From NCBI GenBank assembly GCA_051294375.1, contig CM119264.1, forward strand, positions 21,887,402 to 21,951,401: a stretch of 64,000 bases of DNA, in the 5' to 3' direction. Both the position numbers and the translations under genes were made by a program. Each line of letters begins with the position of its first letter. Position 1 is the first letter of the stretch. Of this stretch, positions 30,801-42,879 are shown in pieces. The notes beneath the pieces are model-generated. The model had not been told where the DNA came from and did no database searches. It saw only the letters and a program-made list of their open reading frames with translations. This stretch comes from Paraspadella gotoi (Eukaryota > Animalia > Chaetognatha).

Positions 30801-33800
30801 GTTTGTTTAAGTAAATACGTTAATGCATATAATTATAAAGCATTCTTAAAAAATGTCAAAATATCAATATTAGTTTCAGATTATTTTAGAAAATTTATCT
30901 AAAAAATAACTTAAGTCTTAAAATGTTTTAGATATGTCATTTCTAACATTTTAGTCTAAAATTTATTTTGACTTATTTCTATTCTAATAGTACAATTTTA
31001 TTAAGTTTAATCTGTATTTAATTTTAAATTATTTATGTAATTATGTATTTATCATTTTACTTATTTATTCATTTTTTTCCAATATGATCGAACAACATTG
31101 ATATTCATGTAATATTTGACTAAGATGACGCAGGGCGAAGCAGGAATTTCATTCCTGTTTCTAATTTGTTAGAAACAAACTAAGGTATAGAACTTTAAAA
31201 AATATTTTCTTAATTATCATCACTTAAATTAAATTGTAATTGCTCATTAGAGGTCAGCTTAACTAGAATATGCTAAATATCTTTTAAAATTATTAAACAA
31301 ACCTTTAATTTGAATAATAATTTTCATACAATTGAAACATTCTTTGAAATATTTTCCACTTCATTGATAGGGAAGCCAGGTACTCTGGGAGTGAATAAAC
31401 GAGACTGTGAGAGAGTCTTGATTGAAAGCTTGCAGGACCTGCTATGTTATTATCTTGTAAGAGTGATGGAGGCTTAACCACCAAAGCCCGTCCAAAGTCA
31501 GGGGCAAGATAGCTTATTTATTAAATGAATGGATAATTTTTATATTGGTTGTACAATTTCATAAACAATAATCTGAAGTTAATACTAAATATTTATTGCA
31601 AATTAGATTAATTTGACTTGCTGTTCAGTCTAATTTGGTAAGGATGACAATTTGACAATCATTTTACGAATAAATTGAACAGATATTATTGTTTCGACAC
31701 TGGTTGGATTTACACTCATGTGCAAAAAACGCGCCACTTTATAACTTTCAATTACAGATACTCCATAAAATTTTTTTTAAAAATTATATAAAATAATAAA
31801 ATTTTAAAAAAATAAATCAATGAATATATCAGTTTTATCAAAAATTGGTTAAGCGGTTTAAGAGATATGATTTTTTTAAACTTGAGTATTCCAAATCAAG
31901 AGGGAAAATTGAATATTATTCAAAAGTTTAGAATCATTAACCTATCATTCATCTTATTTTTTAATGATTTTAAAATTATTATTTAAGGATCTGGGTCAAT
32001 ACAATTATCCAGCTATCCTTCCGGATATCCCTTGTAATTTTTAAAAAATGTTTTAATGATTACAAAGAATATAAAATAAAAATAATTAATCTTAAATAAA
32101 TCAAATTCCTTGATCTTAGTGTTTTTTTAAAAAAAAATCACTACTTTTAAATGGATAGCCCAATTTTAATAAAATTTTAAGCCAAACTCTTTACATTTTA
32201 ATAAATTTTCAATTATTTTTAAAATTAAAAAAAAAATTAAATATATAGTATGATTTTAAAGACTGATATAAAGTGGTGCGTTTTTTTTTTGCACATGGAC
32301 TGTAGAATAGACACATTTTTTTCCGCTGAAAATGGTCATAGAGTCTCCAAAAATGTGTCATTCTGTTCGTATTTAAACGTTCTTTTAGAAAAAAAACCTT
32401 TCAAAGAATTTTTTAAATACTTCCTCGCCTCTCCCAGGGGCGTCAAAGTGCCACGAGCGTCAAATTTATCGATTTTTTGATAATTTTCTTTATTTTCTTG
32501 TTATAATAGCTAATTTTAAATAATTTTTCAATAATATGTTATGATTTATTAGGTTATTCCTATAAAAAAATCTTTATAAGATTTGTATTTGCATTGTATC
32601 AGTAATCTTTAAACCGAAAAATGCCAGAAGACCGGAAATGACTCACAAAAATCACGTTATTTTCATAAAAATTTCAATTTAGAATTTTTTCCGAAAAAAA
32701 AATATATGAAAGCTAGAAAATATTTTAAATTTTATAAGTCATTGCAAAAGATGAGAAAAAGATAGAATACCCGGGACGAAAAATGCAGAATTAGTTCATA
32801 TTTACTTCAATTTGTAAAAATTTGGAGCGTATGACTGGAATCAAGTATGATTTGACCGGACTCACGCTTGAAATGAGGAAGAACAGGCTTTGTCAAGGAA
32901 AAGATGTGATGAGAAAAACAGTGAGACTGGATTTAATTTTAAAAACATCCTTAAATTTTAAACATATTGTAAAATATTTTTTTAAAGTTTTTTTAATAAA
33001 ATATCAAGCTTTTATGATTACGGGAAGAAAACCTTGAAATACCATCATTGTCATAAAAGATCCAGAGATTTAATCACTACAATCTAACGATGCTGACATT
33101 ATACCGAACACTAAACATGGAAAAATGTCAAAGCTATTACAGTTACATTAAAGCAGCAAGAGTGAATATGGTCAGCCATCAGCGCTGCTGATCGGGCATG
33201 TCTATCAACCAACAACATTTTTCTCCTTTTACGAGATATTGTTTGTCACAGTAAAAGTTGTCATGAAAATGGTTTTTCTTTTGCTCTCACTTATTGCTGA
33301 GATCCGTAAAGAAGTTCATATGACAAAGTTAAATCTTACAAAAGTAAAATTTAAAAAAAAAAATTTTATTGATCGTAATAATATCTCATCTCCAGGAAAC
33401 CTTTAACTTCTGAAAATTTTTCTTGAAATGACCTGTAGGACAAACTCTCTATGTAGTTCGTCGCTTTAAATTTACTTTTGTAAAAGTGTTTAAAAATATA
33501 AACAATCAATATTTGTTTAAGCGCGTTTTGCATTTATATCCTGAATATGCTTTATTTCTTGTGCTGTTTTAGCTCTGAGCCCCCAGCAAAAAGTTTATGT
33601 CACCATTTATGTCATTTTTACATGTACATCATGGCGGATGCGCTCTCCCCTCTGAAAAAATCAACGCAATGCTATGAAAGACGCAATTGGTGGCGGCTCT
33701 TAAAATGGCAATATTTTGTTTTGAAATGGGGAAAACAGGCAATGCCTTGTATGTACGATGATAGTCATCTGGAAGAATTTATAACGAATAGTCTTGCTTG

Positions 33801-34729
33801 TTTTTTCAGTTCCAATATTTGTTTTAACAATTTGGTAAAATGAAATATAAATTAAACATAAAAATTCTTCCATGCTTACACGATTTGAGCCGTCGAGTGA
33901 ATGGAAAGACAATTCAAATTTTCCAAGCTTTCCGTCCTTTTTAAACAGATTTTCTCTGCTCAATGAAGCCACTGACCGTTAGGGTCAAGTTTTGCAAGTG
34001 CCATGACCTTTGCAATTCCCAATAATCTTGAGCAAACTTTCAGGATTTTTGCAGGCAATGGATATGAATCAACGCGAACCATCCCAAAGTAATAGTTTTA
34101 AACTTGAAAACGGTTATGACCATTTTGGTCACATGATCTCATCTATATCCCTCATATACTGATTTTTTTGCTAAAACTTTTGTTACGAATACAATTATTT
34201 TTTACTTTTTAAAAACTTGGTCTTTGCCATTTTTCTTGTAGCAATTAAAATTATTTGAATCTGTGATCATGCTAATAATTTAACTTCCAGTTTTATTATA
34301 TTATTAAAAATTCTTAATAACGGTTTGAGGTTGTTTAAATTACGATTAAATATTTTGGGTAAGCATTTAAGTATAACAGGTAATCAAATTTTATCCTTAT
34401 TTTTATAATTATCTAAAAAAAAAAATTGCTGAAAATCAATTATTTTTTGACGCCCGTGGCACTTTAACGCCTCTGGGAAAGGCGAGATATTTAAAAAAAT
34501 GCATTATAAATGCTTTCATTGTGTATAGCCTTAAAATACGAAAAGAATGACACCTTTTTCATAACTCTATGACAATTTTCAGCGGAAAAAAATGTGTCAC
34601 AAATGTGTAGAACTAAATTTTAGATCAAAACTTCATAATCTGCTAATATTTTTTTTGGTACTTCTTTATCAAATTCCCTATACAGAAAAAAAATGGTGCG
34701 CTCCGCGCAATTAAATATCACATCCCCTT
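24874..34729 (+). repeat. Copy 2 of the ~9.8-kb tandem duplication (probable assembly artefact)
   Basis: Begins right after the 25-N gap. It differs from copy 1 mainly by 1-bp indels that are dense near the gap and sparse further away. Confidence 0.9.
31713..32302. mobile_element. Duplicate of the Tc1/mariner-type MITE at 21829-22414
   Basis: Same TIRs and TA flanks, inside duplication copy 2. Confidence 0.7.
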
Positions 34730-34737
34730 ACACATTA

Positions 34738-34802
<65 letters not shown>

Positions 34803-34994
34803 CTCTCTCCCTCTCTCTTTGTGTCTGTGGTCTACCTTGTCCCCTCTACCGTCTCCATTCTACATCTCTCTCTCCCCTCTATTTTCTTTCTCGACTTCCC
34901 ATGACGACGCTGGCGGATGTGGGCGTCGCCAGCGTTCCATCGGCGTCGTCGACGCCCGCCTCGCGCCTGGAGTCTTTCCGCGTGTTGATGCCGT

Positions 34995-35145
34995 ATGACG
35001 TCATATTTACGTCATAAACGCGTCACGTATGACCCGCGCCGCGCGCCGCACGCGAGCCTTCGCTCTTTAACGTCGGGACGCGCGCGCGAAGAGCGTCCTC
35101 GCATCGTTGATTGGCCGAGAGCTTAGAAGATTTCCTGGCCAATCG
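34995..35145. promoter_or_regulatory. CpG island with CRE-like (TGACGTCA) and paired CCAAT boxes
   Basis: ATGACGTCATATTTACGTCATAAACGCGTCACG at about 34995-35028; TGATTGGCC at about 35108 and GGCCAATC at about 35137. No associated CDS identified. Confidence 0.35.
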
Positions 35146-35669
35146 GAGATCTTCGGCCCGGGGAAGAGGGAAGTAAGGAACGTCAGAGAGAGTTCATCTT
35201 CCTTTACGTCCGTACCTTTTGTTCGGATTTTTTTTTCTCGAACTAAGTTTATCTTTTTATCAATTGAAATCTACGGTCGACAACCTTTGCTGCGAGATAA
35301 GAAGCGCGTGCGGCCCTGCCTCATGGAAAGCGCTAAATATTGCGAGGGCACTGCACTTAGTGTTATCTCAGAAATCTAGAATAATCGTTGGCTTTGTTTT
35401 GACTTTCTTTTTGCCAAGGATTTTGGGCGAGTCGCATTGAAGAATTGACGATCTAAAAATAGAATTAAAGATTCTTTCTTTTTCACTGCTTCAAATGTTA
35501 GTCAACGTGGTTGGCCGTATTATTTTATGTTGTTCACATTTCATAATACATATTTAATAATTTATTGACAGTTGGAAAATGATTTAATTTCTCGTCTATA
35601 TAAATTCATAAAGAGATTTCTTACTACGCATTTAATAGTAGTGAAAATAGATTGTATATATGTGGAAAA

Positions 35670-35876
35670 GGCGTTAAGTGGGGCTTTAACTTCGTTAACC
35701 CCCTCTTACAGCCATGGAACGGGTTCTGGGCTTGGAACCAGGCTTGAGGGTTTTCCACGCCCCCAAGGTGGCTTACGGCTGTCCTCACGCTTCCCGCAGG
35801 GTAGGTACCGAGTTGGGATTGAACCCAGTACCTAGTGGTCATGAGCTGATGGCTTTACTCAGTGAGCCACCGGGTC
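35670..35876 (-). mobile_element. tRNA-derived SINE
   Basis: The minus strand begins GACCCGGTGGCTCACTGAGTAAAGC...GGTACTGGGTTCAATCCCAACTCGGTAC, with A-box-like TGGCTCACTGAG and B-box-like GGTTCAATCC. A non-tRNA body follows and has a second diverged copy at about 15960-16085. Confidence 0.7.
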
Positions 35877-36133
35877 ACAACTTAAGGTGTCATGCTTATA
35901 GGCGGGGTGAACCTAGGCAATGCCCGACTACATATATTCCATTTATAGCCAAAGATTTTTCTTAATCGCGAAATAATAGTCTTTTATTTCCGAATAGTAG
36001 CATTATTTCAGTGTGTGTGTTAGTGGAGAGTCGGATATGTGTCTAATTTGCAGTACTGGAACCACTGGCTACTCACTGGTTACTAACTAGACAATGAATG
36101 CATAAGAAATTCGTCAAAACTGTAATTATAATG

Positions 36134-36194
<61 letters not shown>

Positions 36195-37516
36195 ATTCAT
36201 TTCCCTTTCCAGTTCTCTTCCCCTTACTGAACTTTCTGCAAGGACAAACTACAATTCGACCAGATTCAGCGGCTTTCACTGGCACATTGATTCCCTGCTA
36301 TCGCATTCATTGTGCGTGTGACAGCGGCTGGAGCTGGTTGAGATATTCGTCGAGCCGTCGAGAAAAACAACAAAAGAACAACGGCTTGCGATACTCAACG
36401 ACAAACACCCATCGACGGCTTCGTAGATTTTTCGTCAGAGAGCGTTTCATTGTGAGTTTGTGGCGCTGTTATAGGCACAAAAGATGAAACACATTCACAA
36501 AATTTTTGTGCGTGTGACAGTGACACTGGTGAGCATGCGATCATCCTCTGACAACCAAAAAAAAAACAAAAAAAAAAAACTCAAAGAAAACCATTTCAAA
36601 AACCAAATGAATAAATACGAAGCTTTCATAAACTATCTTGCCCAATATGTTAAAAACCACTGTGGATTAAAAGGAAAAAGACATAATTCATTCATTCGTA
36701 ATTCACACTGATTGATGTCTAAAAAAAAAAAGAAAAATATGGTAAAATGAATAAAAAACTGCACATATAAACTCATACCAAGTTACTTTCTTATCTTTCG
36801 TCAATTACACTCCATGGGTTCTTGCGCATCAACGACAAAGTACACTAGTTACTAGGAAGCAGGCTTATTTCTAGGTGTGTAGAAGTACTTTTTTTCTCAG
36901 AATTCTACTTACATCAAAGAAGATAAGTTAATTAAAATTAAGTTAGGAGATAAGATAAGTTAAAAATGTTATTTCTTTAAGTTATTAATGAAATCATAAC
37001 TATATTTCCTGATATTTGAAAAAAAAATTGTTTATAAAAATATGGTAAAACAAGTACGTCAAGTAATCTTCTAACTTTCATTTCAATTTTGAAAAATTGT
37101 AATGTTTAGAATTTTCCACAATCTTCATCTTTAAGAATAATATATATAACATTAATATTATTATATTTTAAAATGTGTTTTATAACAGTACCACCCTCCC
37201 CTGCTCCGTTGTCCCAGCTCATAGATTCCTCAGTAAGATTGTTTCGCGTGTTGGGAAATATCGTGACGAGGTTTTATTTTATTTTCTATATCATTCGCGT
37301 CTCTGATTGGCCCACCGGTTGACTCTCCGTTCGCTGATTGGCGAAATTGAAAATTTTTCTGAACCGACGACGGACGAAGATCCATGAAAAGGGATGTTTC
37401 GCGGAATTCATATCAGAAGAGACAATTAACACGGAAAAATCAAAAACTAAAATACGCTTATCGATCCCATAAATTTCATAATTTGTACTATTCGTTGACA
37501 TTTTTTTTCGGCCGAA

Positions 37517-39840
37517 ATGCCTCTTCCCACGCCCCCGTCGAACCTTTTCGAGGCAGCGAAAAAGGGCGACGCCAGCGCCGCTTTGATGATGCTGCAGCGC
37601 CGCGACGCCGACCTCAACGCCGTTGACGGCCTTGCCAACGCCCCACTCCACTACGCTTGCGGCTCCGGCCACGCCCGGGTCGCTCGCCTCCTTGTCAACA
37701 ACGGCGCCGAAGTGGACAAGAAAGGAGAGAACGGGTTGACGCCGCTCATGATGGCCGTGAGGGGTTGCAAGGAGAGATGTGAGTATGGCGTGCAAAGTGT
37801 GGCTTTAAAGTTTAGAAAACGTCTATGGAGAATTTTGTCACGTTATGTTGCGCGAAGTGACTTTGGAAAGCATTGCGTATGAAGAATAACTTAAGAGAGC
37901 ATGTCGTGCAAGAAGATATGCAGTAAGTAATAGATTGAAAGCAAAGATGTTCCAAAAAGTTTCATTCGGCATGCAACTTGTTGACTTTCCACCTTCAAGC
38001 ACTCCTCGAGTTTCTTGTCGACCACGGGGCGTCGACCTCCGCTCGCGGCGCGCAGGGCGAGACGCTTCTTCACGTCGCCGCCTCAGAAGGCAACGTCGCC
38101 GGGATGCGCTTTGCCCTCGACCGCGGCGTCGACGCCAACGTCGCCGATGCCGATGGTCGGACGCCAGCGCACGTGGCGGCTTGGTGGAACGACGCTGCTG
38201 CCCCGTTAGAGTTCCTCGTCCGTAACGGCGCTAATCTGCGGAAAAAGGTAAGTGAAGGATGGATTCTACAGTCTCTCTCTCTCTTTTCTCCTTTCTTTAT
38301 CTCTATCAAATATTTTTATGTTCCTCACACATGTATTATTTACTTTCTCTTGAACAACCTAAGGACCGCCGAGGTCAGAACGCCCTCCACTGGGCGGCGA
38401 GAGGCGGACACGCGGCTGTTGTCGACTTCGTCCTGCGTCACAGGAGCGACGACTACGTGGGTGAAGTGGGCCACACCAGCGCTCCAGTGGATGTGGAGGA
38501 GCGGGATGTTGGGGGAAACACGGCCCTTGATCTGGCGCGGTGAGACAGTTATGAAGTTAATGAAGGAAAGAAAGCTGGAGATTAGAAATAAATGTGAATG
38601 TTTTATTGAAAGAGAGCGTTGTGATATGTTGGAAAACATAAATGGCAGCGGCATGGAATGAACTGCTCTGGATAAAATAGAGAAGTGTCTACCAAATTCA
38701 TGTTTAATACTGCGTGAGAAATACATACACATAAAAAAATACCCATCTCACTTTTAAACCCCATTCAGCGCCTCCACGACCGAACCTTCCGTCGAGGTCA
38801 TCTCCCTCCTCCGCGATCGACTTCGCCAACGCCTCGTCAACTGCGCCTTTTGCGAGCAGCACCCCGCCCACGTCCTCTTCCGCCCTTGCGGCCACCGCGT
38901 CGCCTGCGCTCCCTGCTCCCTCGCTTGGAAGAAGTGCCCCGAGTGCAAGACGGTCATCGCCCAGCGGGAGGACTTGGGGCTGATGGCCGAGCGGGCGGTC
39001 GAGAGGGTGGCGGAAGTTGGAGGATCCGGAGGGACGGAGAGACCCTCCACAGCGTCGTTAAACGGTCTGGGATTTTATTTCTTTCTTTTTCTTCCTTTAA
39101 TTATTATTTCCCTTCTTACGTTCCTTTTTGTTGCATCTATCATTTTCTTTCAGTCCGCACGAAGTCGGCGCTCGTTCGACAGGTTCAAGAGCTGAGCCGC
39201 ACCTGTTCGGAGATGCGGATTCGATCGGAAGATGACGAGGAGCGTCGTAGGGAGGTGGAGTCGGAGAGGGAGCAGATGCGAAGAGAGAGGGATCGACTGA
39301 AGGAGAAGGAGGTGCTGGCTACAAGGTAAACATTTGTAGTTTGTTTTAAATTAACTATCGTTACCGAATAACTATTGCCCTTTAAAGTACGTAATAAGTT
39401 TCTTAAAAGAAGCTATAACAATATGTTAAATTCATAAGCAGAGATATTAACGAGAAGGAAAAGAAGCGTTTATTGTCCAACTGCTAATTTCATTTTCAGA
39501 TTGCTCTTTTGTTGCTGCCTCCCACTTTTAAACTTCTCAATTGCCTCCTTGCAGACTCGCCGCGACAGCCTTTCAAGCCACCGCCATGGCATCCTCTTTC
39601 ATCCACAGCTTTCAACTGCAAATGCCGTCGCAGTTGCTCCAGCAGCCGGAGCAGGAGACGCCGCCCGAGGTGGCAGCGACGCCGGCGGCGGTGGCTTCAA
39701 CTTGCGCCGTTTGTCTGGACGGCGACTGCGGCGTGGCCTTCGAGTGTGGCCATCTAGCGTGCAGGCGGTGTGCCAAGCAGTTGACGGAATGTCACTTCTG
39801 CCGCCGAAAGATCGGGAAAAGAATTTATTTGTACACCTAA
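37517..39840 (+). CDS. Ankyrin-repeat, double-RING E3 ubiquitin ligase, Mind bomb (MIB)-like C-terminal architecture, 479 aa
   Basis: Exons 37517-37778, 38000-38247, 38364-38539, 38769-39064, 39154-39325 and 39555-39840 splice in frame (1440 nt). Ankyrin repeats: APLHYAC, TPLMMA, TLLHVAA, TPAHVAA, NALHWAA, TALDLA. First RING: CAFCEQHPAHVLFRPCGHRVACAPCSLAWKKCPEC. A coiled coil follows, then the terminal RING CAVCLDGDCGVAFECGHLACRRCAKQLTECHFCRRKIGKRIYLY. Two reverse CCAAT boxes lie at about 37306-37341. Confidence 0.88.
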
Positions 39841-40407
39841 TGTTTTTTGATTCTTATCTAAAAACGGATTTGATTTATTGTATTGTAACGCATTTACAAT
39901 CTAGTCATTAATATCCTATAATGAATGGCATTCCTATGATTATGTCTGCTTTTGTTATGGTTATAACTATTTCTACTTTATTTGCAATTTTTCAGCAACG
40001 AAACGTACTTCGAAATTGATTGAAATAAACAAACGAGAACACTGTTAGGCAATATTCATTGAAATGATTATGACATGAATTAGCAATTACCGACTTAGGG
40101 AAGAAATAGTTGTCTAAGCTAAAAAAGCTAAAAAATGATTGTTTTCTTCTAAAATTGTGGCATTTTATGGAAAACAATAAAAAAGCAGTTTAAGTTATAC
40201 TATTTTTATCTATTCATACTAGTAGACTTATTATTAGAATGAAAGCGTAATAAACATTAATAAAAACAAGGCTACACCTGTCCCTGGTCACTGGTCAACC
40301 ATCTTTGCATGCATCGTCACGAAAAACTACTAAATATGAATGTTGATGCAATTATTTTCTTCATGTTTAGTAATTTTCTGGATAGAAGAAACACAAGAAA
40401 ACTTCAA

Positions 40408-42678
40408 TCAATACAGTACGAGCGCCACAGAAATAGCGACGCCTACAAGGGTGGCCAATTGAGCTTTCACCACAAAACCTTTTGCTGCCGGTATCAACCA
40501 CGGAGGACCCGGGTCCGTTTCTACAGGATTGGCCATACCAGAAGCAGATCTTGCCATCGGTTGAGTGATGCGGTCGCCGACATTTGGCCAATCGGGTAGA
40601 ACGCGCTGCAAGGATCTGGCGGATTTCCTGGCCGCGACCAGCTCCTCCGTCACAGCGGCTGAAGAATCCTTCGACGCTGCCGGAGTTGACTCCTCCGTCG
40701 AATCGACGAGTTCTTCATTGGAATTTTGCGTCGCGCCTTCCGGTTCTTCCACTTCCGGCGCCTCTTTCTCTTCCTCCTCATCCTCATCCACTTCCTCTAC
40801 GTCACCGTCGCTATCACTGTCCTCCTCCTCCTCCTCCTCCGCCACCTCCGCCTGCGTTCCGTCGGTCACGTTGAAAAAGTAGCACTGATGAAAGACCGAC
40901 TGTATCCGTTGCCCCGTTTCCGTCGGTTGGTAATTATAGATGAGCGCGGCGTCTTCGACATCCGGGTTCGCGAACTTGTGACAACTCCGTCGCGTCTCCT
41001 CGACGAAAAACTCGGCCAAATTGAAGGAGACGCGGATGGCCGTGCGGGAGTGGTTGATGCCGCGGCTCAACCGGCGCGCCCACTCGAAGATGTTCTTCTC
41101 GGGGTGGAATTGAGTGCCTGCAGGGACGGGCAAAGAGAAACTGAGTGAAAGAATTCTGAAAGACGGACTACAACCAATAGTATAGGTAACATGGCATGGT
41201 GAAGGGGATGGGGAAGGGAGCCATCAAGCGTAAGAGGAATACTTGAAAACTAATCAGTTTTTAACAGTTAAGTTTTAACAGTTAAGGTTACAGATCTGAC
41301 TAACTGAGAAAAGCAGCCTGTAAAAATAATTGATGTGACCCCACGGCCAACGACAATTTAAGAAAACAAAAGATCATGATAACGAACCATAAAAAGGATA
41401 ACGCTTTCCCTCGATGATGTCGACGATCTCTTTGTTATCGCCGTCTACGGACGTCGCCACGATCTTGAACACTTCTTTCACCCTCTCGTTCTTATCGAAG
41501 TTTTCCCGCCACATGCCCCACTTGTGAAAGTGAGCCGCGTAGTCTTCCGAAGTCATCGTCCGCAAGGAACTCGCCGTCAAGCCCGCCGGAGACGTCAAGA
41601 GGCGACTTTCCACGCCGGGCACGAACTTGGTCTTCATGGCGCGATTCTGCGTCGCGTTGCATCTGCGAAAAATGGTGTTTTCGGAGGTGTTGCGGATGCT
41701 ATTTTTTACTTTAAATCGGATAAATATTTGAACATCGCTTTTTTTGTGAGTAAAAGTCAAACCTGTCATTTCATTATCTCACCTGTCCAAGTTCTTCTTT
41801 TCCTCAGACAGCACCAGCAGCTGCTCGAACCCCAGACAAGTTCCCCAGATCGGGAAATAGTCGCCGCTTTCGTCAAAAGCGTTTTTCGATCTTCGGAAAA
41901 ACCATCTCGCCGCGTTTGCGTAGCCACTCTCCAGCAGGTTTTGCCCGCCACCTGCCGAGCGAATAGATGTATGAAACTTTGTTTTATAAAATATGTATAA
42001 TAAATACGTTCGTTCGTTCGTTCGTTCGTTCGTTCGTTCGTTCGTTCGTTCGTTCGTTCGTTCGTTCGTTCGTTCGTTCTTTCGTTCTTTCGTTCTTTCT
42101 TTCTTTCTTTCTTTCTTCCTGCTTCCGTTGTTCTTTTTTTCTTTAAAAATATATTTGATCAGTCGTAAGCGTCCTCTAAAAAAAATTTTACGTCTTGTGA
42201 AAAACCTTTGCTTGGAAAAAGACACAAAAGAACACTTCTTCGGTCATCGCCTTTTATGCTCATACCGAAACCCATATATAAAGAGTCTCGAGCGCCCCAG
42301 AGTAAGAAAAACGGAATATTATGCAAATCTTTGCGGTGTCTCCCCCCCGCCTTATACTTTTCTCTCTTTCCCGAATTATGGGATTTTTATATGAGAAAAT
42401 CCAATCCGCAGCGCCGGTCCATGCTGGAACTACCGCAGCCGTTACCACCACTACCACAATCACCACCTCCACCACCAGCAACCCCATACCGGCAAGCTCT
42501 GCCGACGTCGCTACCGAAAACCACCGACGCCGCCTGCCGTATTCCCATATCGCGGTAGCAGCTCCCAATTATTCTTGTGGCCCCGAGATGGAGGAAAAAA
42601 GGGGAAAAATTGGAAAGGAACGAAAAAGAAGAAAAGTAATGGATAGATACTAGATAGATAGATAGAAAGAACGAAAAA

Positions 42679-42721
<43 letters not shown>

Positions 42722-42795
42722 TAAGAAAGAATATGAATAATAAGAAAGACGAAGGTCGAAAAATGGCAAAAATGGTAAATGGAGGGAGGTAGATC

Positions 42796-42879
<84 letters not shown>

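Noticed and set aside
36243-36451. Frame with two in-frame TGA codons (selenoprotein or antizyme-like recoding?)
   Set aside because: No SECIS-like element, no antizyme TCC-TGA context and no recognisable homology.
37871-37922. Possible mini-exon ending at ca|gtaagt in the first intron of the MIB-like gene
   Set aside because: Inclusion shifts the frame; exon 1 joins exon 2 in frame without it.
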